This document shows positions 50,239-60,477 of a DNA stretch of 64,000 bases, piece after piece; position 1 is the stretch's first letter; each line of letters opens with the position of its first letter. The DNA is from Ruminococcus sp. (lineage in GTDB: Bacteria; Bacillota; Clostridia; Oscillospirales; Ruminococcaceae): contig JAHABC010000001.1 of assembly GCA_018376535.1 (NCBI GenBank), positions 186,066 through 250,065 of the forward strand. The letters are read 5' to 3'. The notes below the pieces were generated by a model, which was not told the DNA's origin, did not search any database, and was given only the letters and a program-made list of their open reading frames with translations. The translations under genes were made by a program, and so were the position numbers.

Positions 50239-50255
50239 TAAAGGAGGAGTATATT

Positions 50256-50954
50256 TTGTATCTTAGTGTACAAAACTTAAAAAAGAGTTATGGCAATGGT
50301 TCTAGCCAAGTACAAGTTTTGAAGGGTATAAATACAGAGATTGAAAAAGGTCAAATGTGTGTTATACTAGGACCAAGTGGTTCAGGAAAATCCACTTTTT
50401 TAAACCTTATAGGTGGTCTTGATACCATAGACAGCGGAAATGTAATAATAGATGGCTTAAATATAGCGGGTATGGATAGTAATAAACTATCTAAGTACAG
50501 ACGTGACTATCTAGGATTTATATTTCAATTCTACAACTTAGTTCCAAATTTGACTATATATGAAAATATTCAAGTTTGCGAAAATCTAACTCAAAAAGCC
50601 TTGGATATAAACGAACTCTTAGATATATTAGGTCTAACTGAACATAAAAATAAGTTTCCATCACAACTATCTGGAGGTCAACAACAAAGATGTGCTATTG
50701 CTAGAGCTTTAGTTAAAAATCCTAAGTTACTACTATGCGATGAGCCTACTGGTGCTTTGGATTCTAAAACATCTAAAGAAATACTAGTCCTATTGGAAAA
50801 GGTTAATAAGATGTATAATACTACTATGCTAATAGTTACTCACAATACGGCTATTAAAGATATGGTTCATAAGGTTATCAAAATTAAAGACGGTCTTATT
50901 AGCAAAGATTATATAAATGATAATATTATATCGGCAAATGACATAGAATGGTAA
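50256..50954 (+). CDS. ABC transporter ATP-binding protein (MacB/FtsE-like, pairs with the FtsX-type permease)
   Basis: It has Walker A GPSGSGKST, signature LSGGQQQR and Walker B LLLCDEPTGALD. The TTG start at 50256 sits 6 nt after the AAAGGAGGAG RBS. The tabulated ORF start at 50217 is upstream of the RBS. Confidence 0.85.
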   Translation: MYLSVQNLKKSYGNGSSQVQVLKGINTEIEKGQMCVILGPSGSGKSTFLNLIGGLDTIDSGNVIIDGLNIAGMDSNKLSKYRRDYLGFIFQFYNLVPNLTIYENIQVCENLTQKALDINELLDILGLTEHKNKFPSQLSGGQQQRCAIARALVKNPKLLLCDEPTGALDSKTSKEILVLLEKVNKMYNTTMLIVTHNTAIKDMVHKVIKIKDGLISKDYINDNIISANDIEW

Positions 50955-50969
50955 CTTGAGGTATACATT

Positions 50970-53900
50970 ATGGTTTTGAATAAAAGAATTTTAAGAAATA
51001 TTAAGAAAAATTTCTTTCGATGGTTTGCACTTTTCTTATTGGTAGTTCTTGGAATTTATATGGTACTAAGTTTAATCGCAGCTGCCGAAACTGTAACTTA
51101 TGGCGTAAATACCTATGCCGATGAACAAAATCTTGAAGATGGTGAGTTTACAGTATTCGTTCCATTAACTAATGATAATTTAGAGTATATATCCGATAAG
51201 GGCTACTCCCTTGAGGAAAACTTCTACATAGATTTCGCTATGAACGACGATAGAAACTCTACACTTAGAATATTCAAAAATAGAGAAAATATAAACGTTC
51301 AAATAGCTAATGATGGCTCTATTGCATCAAAAGATAATGAGATACTATTAGAACATCACTACGCCGAACTACACGGATACAATATCGGTGATACTATATC
51401 TATTGCTGATTTGGATTTCAAAGTAGTAGGTGTTGGTGCTTCTCCAGACTATGACGACTGTAGACAAAATCTATCCGACGCAGGTACTGACCACAACGTC
51501 TTTGGTATGGCTTTTGTTACACCTAATGCCTACGATAAACTAAAAGCTACCGATAAGTATAAAAATACTGAAGAATATCTTTATAGTTACAAACTCGGAA
51601 AAGATAACTCCGATGACGACCTTAAAGAACTTCTTCAAGCTTTAGACTTCGATTTGACAGATATCAAAGATAAGTACGTCCGTGAATTGATTGACGATGT
51701 GGAAGATGAAAAAAATGACATCATTGATGGTGTAAATAAACTTCAAGACGCTAGTTATGAATTAAAAGACAATCTAAAAAAATTCTCCGATGGTACTAAA
51801 GAACTCAGCGACGGTGTTCAAACATTTAATGATAAAACTTCCGAATTTTTTGACGGTATAAATCAACTTTATGATGCTCTTAATACACTATCTTCTAACA
51901 ATTCTAAGTTACTAGATGGTGCTAATTCGGTATATGATGCACTATTTTCTATGGTAGAAAGTTCTCTTGCTGAAAATGATATAAAAGTAAATCTAACTAT
52001 AGATAACTATAAATCCGAATTAAATAAGGTTATGAACAATCCAAGTAAGATATCCGACAATACTAGAAAACAGATTAACGATTTAATATCTTCCTTAGAT
52101 AGTTATAATCAATTTTACACTGGCTTAAAAGAATATACTTCTGGTGTGGATAGCTTAACTGCTGGAGCATCTAGCTTGAGCAACGGAACTACTCAATTAA
52201 GTGATGGTGTTCATGTGTTATCAAGTGGATTGGAACGCATAGTAGCTAATAACAGTAGTATAAACAATGGAACATCAACCTTATTAGATAGTCTATTGGG
52301 AATGGTTCAAGGACAATTAAATCAATATGGTTTTGACGTTCAACTAACAAAAGATAACTATTCTGCAACTTTACAACAGATATATGACCAACTTTCAACA
52401 GTATCTCCTGAAAGTGCCGAAAGTATTATGAACTTAAAATCTTCCATTGATGGCGTTGTAACATTAAATAATGGTATAGCATCATATACTGGTGGAGTAT
52501 CCGAAGTATACAACGGAGTTAATAGTTTAAGTAGTGGTGTATCGGAATTAAGTAATGGTTGCAATACTCTCCTAGAGGGTTTACAGACTTTAAGTACATA
52601 CAATAGTAGTCTAGTGAGTGGTTCTCAAGATGTTTTTAACGCTCTATTGAGTACTGCACAAACTCAATTAAAAAGTGGTGGTATAGATGTTAATCTTACT
52701 ATAGATAACTATTCTTCCCAATTGAGCAACATTGCAAATAACATCGATACTTATACTAGCGATGCTTTAAAATCACAATTGACATCTGCAATTGAACAAC
52801 TAGACAGTTACGGAGAGTTCTACAATGGTATAGTAGATTACACCGACGCAGTAAACTCTATATATGATGGTGCTAAAACTCTAAATGACAGTTGCAAAGA
52901 TATTACTAATGCTATCGATGAGTTAGCAGACGGTTCTAATGAAATAGATGAAAACTCTATTAAACTATACGATGGCTCTGTTGAGTTCGCCGATGCTATT
53001 GATACTCTAGCTGACAATATATACGACATAGTGGACGAAGTTTTCACTATCGACATAGATAACTTAACTATGTTCCTAACTGCTGAAGATAACATTAGAA
53101 TAAAAGCCTCCATTGATGACGTAGCTATCAATAAGAGTGGTGGTCTAGTTGGAGGAGTAATATTAATAATCTTATTTGCATATGTAATATCGGTATTCAT
53201 AATACACGAAATTAATGACGAAAGTGCTGTAATAGGTGCATTATACTCCATGGGTGTAAGTAAAAAGACTCTTTTAATGCACTATATAACTCTACCTATG
53301 ATTATAGCCTTTGTAGGAGGTCTATTAGGAACTATTTTAGCATTTACTCCATTAGGTGTAGGAAATCAAATAAAGAGTGCTGTTACATACTACTCATTAC
53401 CAAACTTAGAGTATGTATATCCAATATATGCTTTAATCTATGGTATAGTGTTACCTCCAGTAATAGCCTTGATTGTAAACGTAATAGTAATAAATAGTGC
53501 ATTATCTCAAACACCTTTGAGTTTATTAAGAAAATCCAATAAGAATAAAATTCGTACTATAAACTTGAGTACTGGAAAGTTAAGTTTTACCAATCAATTT
53601 AGAGTTCGTCAGTTCGTTAGAGAACTTAGAACTAGTATAACACTATTCTTTGGAATGTTAGTAGCTCTACTACTATTGATGTTAGGTCTAACTTGTTATT
53701 TTTCAATAAATAACTATCAAGTTCAAAATAAACAAGATTTAAACTATAAATATCTATACTCCTTGAAGTACGAACTAGACAAGGAAGATATTCCTACAAA
53801 TGCCGTACAATGCTACTCCGAAAGCGTTAATAAAGAGATTTTAGGTCAAGATATGAAAGTAACTCTAATGGGAATAGATGGCAATAGCAAATATTTCAAC

Positions 53901-54629
53901 TTTGATGTCCCAGATAAAAAGAATACTGTCGTAGTAGGTAGTTCAATGGCTATAAAGTTCGGTTTAAAAGTTGGCGACGTTGTATACTTCAACGATGAAC
54001 TAAACGACAGAGTTTACTCCTTTGAAGTTGCTGATATAGTTCAATATTCAATTGGTTTGTATATGTTCATGGATATTGACAGAATGAGAGATTTATACAA
54101 TCAAGAGGACGATTATTTCAACGTATTAATATCCGATGAGGAACTAAATATCGATATAAACAGAGTGTACTCCACTATTAAGGATACCGATATTTTAAGT
54201 ATATCTGCTATATTTAAAGAAAGTATGAGTGGTATGATAACTATGTTATTAGTAATATCGGTAGTTATATTTGTAGTGGTAATGTATCTAATGATAAACA
54301 TTATGCTAGATAAATCGGCTAATAACATATCACTGATAAAAATATTCGGATATAATGACAAGGAAGTTAAAAACCTCTACCTTGATGGTAACTTCTTTGT
54401 AATATTAATATCATCATTGATAAACGTACCTATATCAAAGATGTGTATGAATGCTTTGTGGCCATCAATGGTATCCAATATGCAATGTGGCTTTGATACT
54501 TCAATACCTGCGTATATGTACATAGTAGTATTCCTAGTTATATTCATATGTTACTTTGTAGTAAGCCTTCTATTGATGCGTAAGCTAAGAGGAATATCCC
54601 CTGCTGAAGTTCTAAAGAACAGAGAATAA
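50970..54629 (+). CDS. Giant FtsX/MacB-family ABC permease (1219 aa) with two FtsX 4-TM modules and an approximately 700-aa ectodomain carrying three tandem, approximately 115-aa YhgE/Pip-like repeats
   Basis: An N-terminal TM segment is followed by an ectodomain with repeats (VNLTIDNYKSELNKV / VQLTKDNYSATLQQI / VNLTIDNYSSQLSNI). The first FtsX block spans about aa 745-870 and the second lies at the C-terminus. The gene is coupled to the upstream ATPase by a 15-nt gap. Confidence 0.75.
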   Translation: MVLNKRILRNIKKNFFRWFALFLLVVLGIYMVLSLIAAAETVTYGVNTYADEQNLEDGEFTVFVPLTNDNLEYISDKGYSLEENFYIDFAMNDDRNSTLRIFKNRENINVQIANDGSIASKDNEILLEHHYAELHGYNIGDTISIADLDFKVVGVGASPDYDDCRQNLSDAGTDHNVFGMAFVTPNAYDKLKATDKYKNTEEYLYSYKLGKDNSDDDLKELLQALDFDLTDIKDKYVRELIDDVEDEKNDIIDGVNKLQDASYELKDNLKKFSDGTKELSDGVQTFNDKTSEFFDGINQLYDALNTLSSNNSKLLDGANSVYDALFSMVESSLAENDIKVNLTIDNYKSELNKVMNNPSKISDNTRKQINDLISSLDSYNQFYTGLKEYTSGVDSLTAGASSLSNGTTQLSDGVHVLSSGLERIVANNSSINNGTSTLLDSLLGMVQGQLNQYGFDVQLTKDNYSATLQQIYDQLSTVSPESAESIMNLKSSIDGVVTLNNGIASYTGGVSEVYNGVNSLSSGVSELSNGCNTLLEGLQTLSTYNSSLVSGSQDVFNALLSTAQTQLKSGGIDVNLTIDNYSSQLSNIANNIDTYTSDALKSQLTSAIEQLDSYGEFYNGIVDYTDAVNSIYDGAKTLNDSCKDITNAIDELADGSNEIDENSIKLYDGSVEFADAIDTLADNIYDIVDEVFTIDIDNLTMFLTAEDNIRIKASIDDVAINKSGGLVGGVILIILFAYVISVFIIHEINDESAVIGALYSMGVSKKTLLMHYITLPMIIAFVGGLLGTILAFTPLGVGNQIKSAVTYYSLPNLEYVYPIYALIYGIVLPPVIALIVNVIVINSALSQTPLSLLRKSNKNKIRTINLSTGKLSFTNQFRVRQFVRELRTSITLFFGMLVALLLLMLGLTCYFSINNYQVQNKQDLNYKYLYSLKYELDKEDIPTNAVQCYSESVNKEILGQDMKVTLMGIDGNSKYFNFDVPDKKNTVVVGSSMAIKFGLKVGDVVYFNDELNDRVYSFEVADIVQYSIGLYMFMDIDRMRDLYNQEDDYFNVLISDEELNIDINRVYSTIKDTDILSISAIFKESMSGMITMLLVISVVIFVVVMYLMINIMLDKSANNISLIKIFGYNDKEVKNLYLDGNFFVILISSLINVPISKMCMNALWPSMVSNMQCGFDTSIPAYMYIVVFLVIFICYFVVSLLLMRKLRGISPAEVLKNRE

Positions 54630-54651
54630 TCTACACAATAATAGATGCTTT

Positions 54652-54690
54652 AAAATCCCCTATCATAAAATATAGGGGATTTACTTATAT
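54652..54690 (+). terminator. Terminator of the ATPase-FtsX operon
   Basis: The sequence is aaaatcccctat-cataaaa-tataggggattt followed by a T-rich tract. Confidence 0.6.
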
Positions 54691-54708
54691 TTAAACTTAT
54701 ATATAAAG

Positions 54709-54745
54709 AAATAACTCCAATATAATTACTGGAGTTATTTCTATA
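54709..54745 (-). terminator. Terminator of the convergent ABC half-transporter operon
   Basis: The sequence is aataactcca-atataattac-tggagttatt. The minus-strand transcript has a T-rich tail. Confidence 0.5.
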
Positions 54746-54773
54746 GTTTCAACGTTATATTTTATGTGATGTA

Positions 54774-56540
54774 TTAATGTTTAACATTATCATATATGTT
54801 CCACTTTTCTACACGCTTACGAACGTTTATAAAGTCACGATATTTACCCTCTTGTTTAATAAGTTCCTCATGATTTCCTTGTTGAACTATTCTACCATCA
54901 TCGACTACTAGTATACAATCTGCATTTTCGATAGTAGCCAATCTATGAGCGATTGTAATTACTGTCTTACCCTTAGTAAGTTCCGAAATAGCCGATTGTA
55001 TTAAGTGTTCATTTTCAGGGTCTATACTAGCAGTAGCCTCATCTAGTATTATTATTGGAGCGTTTTTCAACATTGCTCTAGCGATTGAAATTCTTTGTTT
55101 TTCACCACCAGAAAGTGTTCCACCACCCTCACCGATTACTGTATCGTAACCATTAGGTAGCTTGGATATAAAATCATGACAACAAGCCTTTTTAGCTACT
55201 GCTATCATATCTTCTTCGGTAGCGTTAGGATTTCCAAAGCATATATTATTTCTTATAGTATCGTTGAATAGGTACACGTTTTGAAATACCATAGATATGT
55301 TAGATAGTAAACTATCACAAGTGAACTCTTTTAAATTGTGACCACCTATACTTATACTACCAGAGTTTACATCGTAAAAACGAGCAATTAGGTTACAGAT
55401 TGTGGATTTACCACTTCCAGATGGACCTACTATCGCAGTTGATGTATTTTCTGATATCTTAAAGTTTACATCTTTTAATATCTGTCTAGTATCGTAACCG
55501 AAGTTTACGTTTTTGAACTCTATATCAAAGTTAGATAGTTTTATATCTTTACCATCACCATCGATATAACTTTCATCATTCTTTAAGACATCTAATTGGT
55601 CCATAGCATCATCTATTACACCTAGAGTATGAGCACCATCGCTAATAGGTTCAAGACTAGCGAATATGTTCAATGAGAAGAATGCAAATATTAGAGTCAT
55701 TTTAATATCCATTTGACCACTTAGTCCCAAACACAAAGATGATATTACTAAACCTATAGATGCAACCTTTAAAGCTAGTAAGTGCATACAGTTTGGAAGT
55801 GTATAACCCCATTCGATTTTTAAACTTATATCTTTACTTTCTTTACAAGCACTCTTCATAGCGTTTATGGACGCTCCACCTTGACCAAAAGATTTTACTA
55901 TTGATAAACCTCTAGCATACTCTATAGTTGCGTTGGTAAGATTTCTTACTGCATCGGCAGACTTTGGAGCGTTCTCCTTACTATGTTTAGATACCACTAG
56001 CAAAAATACAAAAGATAATCCTACACCTAACACGGATATTAATGATACTAACGGATTAACAAAGAACAAACACAAGAATATACATAAAAAGTTTAGATAT
56101 CCACCGATAACGGTATCTAGCATACGAATACCCATATTTTCAAGGGTACTAAGTCCAGTAGTTATAGAGTTCAATATATGACCAGTATCCATCTTTTGAA
56201 AGTATCCTAAAGATACTCTTTTTAAAGCGTCACCAACGACTAAACGGTCACGAGCAACCAACTCATAACTGATAGTTTCTTGAAACTTTGCTCTAAAGTA
56301 GTCGAATACAAATCTAAGTATAACCAATCCTAATATGATTAGACAACTTAACCAAATCCATTTAGTATCGAATGTAGCTATACCTTGTTTATCTTCAATT
56401 AGCATACCAATGGTATACGCCGACACCATTATTGGCAAAGATGCAAACCATGTGGAAAAGAATGATAATACAAAACCTATGTATAATCTACCTTTAAAAT
56501 CTCCACACCAATCTATTATACGTTTTATAGTTTTAAACAT
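54774..56540 (-). CDS. ABC half-transporter (TMD-NBD fusion, type I exporter fold), subunit B of a heterodimer
   Basis: 588 aa. Six N-terminal TM segments are followed by Walker A GPSGSGKST, signature LSGGEKQR and Walker B ILDEATASID. Confidence 0.85.
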   Translation of the reverse strand: MFKTIKRIIDWCGDFKGRLYIGFVLSFFSTWFASLPIMVSAYTIGMLIEDKQGIATFDTKWIWLSCLIILGLVILRFVFDYFRAKFQETISYELVARDRLVVGDALKRVSLGYFQKMDTGHILNSITTGLSTLENMGIRMLDTVIGGYLNFLCIFLCLFFVNPLVSLISVLGVGLSFVFLLVVSKHSKENAPKSADAVRNLTNATIEYARGLSIVKSFGQGGASINAMKSACKESKDISLKIEWGYTLPNCMHLLALKVASIGLVISSLCLGLSGQMDIKMTLIFAFFSLNIFASLEPISDGAHTLGVIDDAMDQLDVLKNDESYIDGDGKDIKLSNFDIEFKNVNFGYDTRQILKDVNFKISENTSTAIVGPSGSGKSTICNLIARFYDVNSGSISIGGHNLKEFTCDSLLSNISMVFQNVYLFNDTIRNNICFGNPNATEEDMIAVAKKACCHDFISKLPNGYDTVIGEGGGTLSGGEKQRISIARAMLKNAPIIILDEATASIDPENEHLIQSAISELTKGKTVITIAHRLATIENADCILVVDDGRIVQQGNHEELIKQEGKYRDFINVRKRVEKWNIYDNVKH

Positions 56541-56549
56541 ATTAAATTA

Positions 56550-58322
56550 CTACTCCTTTCCCGATACAGATACAGCCCAATCTTTAGCACCAATATGAGC
56601 CTTCCACATTTGAGCGTATAATGGACACTTTTCAAGTAACTCTTGTTGTGTACCTTGAGATAGTATACTACCATCTTTAAGAACCACAATATTATCGGCA
56701 TTACTAATAGTTGAAAGTCTATGTGCAATAACTAATAAAGTCTTACCCTTAGTAAGTGCAGATATACTTTCTTGTATCTTATCTTCATTTTCTGGGTCAG
56801 TAAAGGCAGTAGCCTCATCTAGTATAACTATCGGAGCGTTTTTCAACATCATTCTAGCTATGGCAATACGTTGTTTTTCTCCTCCAGATAGACGCTTACC
56901 AGCCTCACCAGCAGGAGTATTATAACCATCAGGAAGTTTATTAATAAAGTCCTCACATTGAGCCAACTTAGCTACTCTATACACTTCCTCATCAGATGCC
57001 TTAGGATTTCCTAAACGTATATTTTCCAAAATAGAACATCTAAATAAGAAGTTATCTTGAGTAACGAAACTTACAGTATCTGCTAGTTGAGAAATAGGAA
57101 TGTTTTTGATATCCACGTCACCTATCTTTATAGTACCACCAGTAGTATCCCAAAATCTAGCGATTAGCTTTGCTACTGTAGATTTTCCTCCACCAGATGG
57201 ACCTACTAACGCTGTAAAACTACCTTGAGGTAGATTTAAACTTATATTATGTAATACATTATCTTTAGCGTCGCCACTATAAGAGAAAGTTACACTGTCT
57301 AATTTAACATCGTAGCCGTTTAACTTTGCAGATGTATTTGGTTCTGGTAATGATGGCATTTCTAAATACTCTTGTAGTTCATCTACGGTAAATTGAACTT
57401 GTCTTAAACTTTCTGAGAAAACTTCCAACTTTGCCAAAGAACCTATCATTGACATGGATAACATTACTCCTAAGGCTACTTGTGCTATTGAGATACTTCC
57501 GTTAGTACATAGATACAAACCCATCGGTAGAGTTCCTAAAAGTGTAGATGGAAATAGTGCAAAAGTCAACTTCATAGTAAACCATGTGGATTGCAACCAC
57601 TTAACTACAAATGTACGATAATCTGTAATAGCCTTTGCATACTTTTCATAAGATACTCCTGCTCTACCAAATGCTTTTATAACCTCAATACCTTCAATAT
57701 ATTCTACAATAGTACTGTTCATGTAGGCAGTTGCCTCGTTGTACTTATCGAAGTTTTGACCACTTATTTTGAAGGTAAGTCCCATGCACACTATCGATAG
57801 TGGCAAAGTAACTAACGATGCCAATGCAATCTTCCAATCTATAGTGCATAACAAGATAAAACTTATTATTGGTAATATAATATGTCCAGAACCCTCTGGA
57901 ACAAAGTGTGCTATTGGAGGTTCTATATTATCAATCTTATCGACAATAATGCCTTTTATCTCACCAATAGAATGTGATGTTACTTTTCCTAAAGGTGCGT
58001 GTAGAAATCTATCTACTACACGAAGTCTTAACTTTTCCAAGATTGTAAACGCCGCAGTATGTGAAATTCCTGTAGATAATCCAAATAATACCACTTTCAC
58101 CACATAACCTATTAAGCCTATCAATCCCCAAAAGATTATATCTTTACTAGATATACTACTTTCAGTATACTTTTCTATAATCTTGTATATAGAAAAGTAT
58201 GGTACCATTCCAGATAGTATACTAACTATAGATAGTATTACTGAAATCACTAAATCTTTTTTACTTTCACTAGCATAACTCATCAACACGTTAAACCAAG
58301 ATTTCTTTTCTTGTTTTTCCAA
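56550..58322 (-). CDS. ABC half-transporter (TMD-NBD fusion), subunit A of a heterodimer
   Basis: 590 aa. Six TM segments are followed by GPSGGGKST, LSGGEKQR and ILDEATAFTD. The downstream partner follows after a 9-nt gap. Confidence 0.85.
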   Translation of the reverse strand: MEKQEKKSWFNVLMSYASESKKDLVISVILSIVSILSGMVPYFSIYKIIEKYTESSISSKDIIFWGLIGLIGYVVKVVLFGLSTGISHTAAFTILEKLRLRVVDRFLHAPLGKVTSHSIGEIKGIIVDKIDNIEPPIAHFVPEGSGHIILPIISFILLCTIDWKIALASLVTLPLSIVCMGLTFKISGQNFDKYNEATAYMNSTIVEYIEGIEVIKAFGRAGVSYEKYAKAITDYRTFVVKWLQSTWFTMKLTFALFPSTLLGTLPMGLYLCTNGSISIAQVALGVMLSMSMIGSLAKLEVFSESLRQVQFTVDELQEYLEMPSLPEPNTSAKLNGYDVKLDSVTFSYSGDAKDNVLHNISLNLPQGSFTALVGPSGGGKSTVAKLIARFWDTTGGTIKIGDVDIKNIPISQLADTVSFVTQDNFLFRCSILENIRLGNPKASDEEVYRVAKLAQCEDFINKLPDGYNTPAGEAGKRLSGGEKQRIAIARMMLKNAPIVILDEATAFTDPENEDKIQESISALTKGKTLLVIAHRLSTISNADNIVVLKDGSILSQGTQQELLEKCPLYAQMWKAHIGAKDWAVSVSGKE

Positions 58323-58384
58323 TTTAAAAATGCTCCTTTCAAGATAATATATTTATTATAATATAAAAATATTATACACTACCA

Positions 58385-59773
58385 TTAAAATATTTTAGTC
58401 AAGGTTAGAACCTTATCGCAAGTTAAGTTCATGAACTCTCTATCGTGGGATACTATTATTATAATATGTCCCTCACTAGCGAGTTTTTTTACTATCTTAC
58501 AGACTTCAATCATGTGTTTATAATCCAAGCCACTGGTAGGCTCATCAAATATAAGAACTCTTTTTTTAGATAGCAATGCTAAAGCAATAGCTAACCTTTG
58601 TTTTTGCCCACCAGATAAAGCCATTGGGTGACTTTCTTTAAAAGGTAACAAATCGCATTGAGATAGAATATCATCAATGTTAATATTTTCGTCATCAACA
58701 GATTGCAAACATTCATTTTCAACGCTATCGTAAAAAAGTTGATGGTTTACATCTTGCATTACACAAAAACTTACTTTCTGTCGATTTTTATGATTAAGTA
58801 CAACACTATCTAAAGTAATAGTTCCAGATTTTTGTTTTATAAGTCCACATAGACAGCGTATCAAAGTAGATTTACCTGAGCCATTCTGTCCAGTGATTGC
58901 TAAAACTTCTCCTTGATTGACACTAAAAGAGATATCTTTTAAAATAGTAGCATCTTTTTTGTAGCCATAACAAAGATTTTCCACCTTAAAACTTTGATTA
59001 CTATTAAATGTCGCTTTTGGAATGTTTAAACTTTCATATAGTAAGGTACGCAATCCAAGACTAATTCTGTAGTCATTAGATATCTTTTTAAAACTTTCGC
59101 CCGAATACTCCGAAACGATTTTACCATCTTTTAGATATATAACTCTATCAACCAAATCCATTAAGAAGTATAATCTATGTTCAGCAATTATGATAGTATT
59201 TCCATTACTTTTTAAGAACTCTATCTGTTTTCTTAAATTTTCTATAGCTTTTTCATCTAAGTTAGCAGTAGGTTCGTCTAAGACGTAGATATCTGGGTTC
59301 ATAGTATATATACTTGCAAAAGCGATGGTTTGCTTTTCACCTCCGGACAGTGAAAAGATATTCTTATCTATTAGATGCTTTATGTTTAAACTCTTGATAG
59401 TTCTATCTAAGCGATAGTTTATATCTATTGGTGATACCCCCGCATTTTCTAAACCAAAGACTATCTCATCGGTAGTATTTAGATTAAAAAACTGGCTCTT
59501 AGGATTTTGAAACACTGAACCTACTTTTTTAGAAATTTCATACAGTTCAGTATTAGCGACTACCATATCTTCAATATATACTTTACCATCTAAAAAGCAA
59601 TCGTTAATAAAGTGAGGAATAAGTCCATTGATAGTCTTAGTTATAGTAGTCTTTCCACAACCACTTGCACCACATAACAGAACACATTCACCACTTTTAA
59701 TATTAAGGTCTATATTATATAAATCCATGCGATTTTTATTGTAACCAAAAGATAGATTATCTATTTTAATCAT
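58385..59773 (-). CDS. ECF-transporter energising ATPase, fused duplicated EcfA-EcfA' type
   Basis: 462 aa with two complete NBDs (GASGCGKTT...LSGGEKQ...VLDEPTANLD and GQNGSGKST...LSGGQKQR...IFDEPTSGLD). Confidence 0.8.
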   Translation of the reverse strand: MIKIDNLSFGYNKNRMDLYNIDLNIKSGECVLLCGASGCGKTTITKTINGLIPHFINDCFLDGKVYIEDMVVANTELYEISKKVGSVFQNPKSQFFNLNTTDEIVFGLENAGVSPIDINYRLDRTIKSLNIKHLIDKNIFSLSGGEKQTIAFASIYTMNPDIYVLDEPTANLDEKAIENLRKQIEFLKSNGNTIIIAEHRLYFLMDLVDRVIYLKDGKIVSEYSGESFKKISNDYRISLGLRTLLYESLNIPKATFNSNQSFKVENLCYGYKKDATILKDISFSVNQGEVLAITGQNGSGKSTLIRCLCGLIKQKSGTITLDSVVLNHKNRQKVSFCVMQDVNHQLFYDSVENECLQSVDDENINIDDILSQCDLLPFKESHPMALSGGQKQRLAIALALLSKKRVLIFDEPTSGLDYKHMIEVCKIVKKLASEGHIIIIVSHDREFMNLTCDKVLTLTKIF

Positions 59774-59788
59774 ATATAAATAACTCCT

Positions 59789-60475
59789 TTACTTAAAAAA
59801 AATCAAAGCCATGATAAAAATAACTGCAAAAATTGAGATAATAATATCATATGGCTTAATTTTTAATTGGGTTATGGTCGTCTTAGGTGCAGGATTTTCT
59901 ATACCTCTAGTGACTGCTGCTGAAGATAGTTCCTCAGAAGTTTCTATAGCAGATACCATTAAAGGTACAATATAAGCCTCTACCTTTTTTATTCCGTGAA
60001 TGTTTCTAAGACGCATAGCATCTTTAATGTAACTAGCCTCCTCACGAATAGCTGGGAAGTATCTAATAGTTACGGTAATTGGAATAATAATCTTTTGAGA
60101 TATATGTAGCTTTCTTAAAGCCTCAGTGAACTGTTTAAGCGATACCGTCTTTATAATAAGATTTCCTACCATTAAACACGGAAAAACTTTTCTAGCATAA
60201 GTCACTATAAGAGAAAAACTCATTGATATAGCTTTGGGAGCGTATACTACTATGTACTTCTGTAATAGCAACATTATGACAAAAAACAGCAACCACTTTA
60301 TCCCAGATTTTTTAACTCCACTTATAAAATACAATATACCCACAAAAAGTATATATCCTACTTCAAGATATATACTACTTTGAGCAAATGCTATAATATT
60401 AGATGTTATTAATAATAAAAGTTGTATTCTAGGGTCTATAAGCAGTTTAGATTTATTTTGTTCTAAAGTATTCAT
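59789..60475 (-). CDS. ecfT: ECF transporter T (transmembrane coupling) component, EcfT/CbiQ family
   Basis: 228 aa with five TM segments and the conserved C-terminal Ala-Arg-Gly-like coupling region (AAVTRGIENP). Confidence 0.7.
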   Translation of the reverse strand: MNTLEQNKSKLLIDPRIQLLLLITSNIIAFAQSSIYLEVGYILFVGILYFISGVKKSGIKWLLFFVIMLLLQKYIVVYAPKAISMSFSLIVTYARKVFPCLMVGNLIIKTVSLKQFTEALRKLHISQKIIIPITVTIRYFPAIREEASYIKDAMRLRNIHGIKKVEAYIVPLMVSAIETSEELSSAAVTRGIENPAPKTTITQLKIKPYDIIISIFAVIFIMALIFFK

Positions 60476-60477
60476 AA

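Noticed and set aside
50970-54629. Reading the YhgE/Pip-like repeats as evidence of a prophage or phage receptor island
   Set aside because: 'Phage infection protein' is only a family name. No integrase, capsid, terminase or repeat-flanked boundaries are present. The gene is paired with an ABC ATPase and shares the cluster operator, so a transporter role is favoured.
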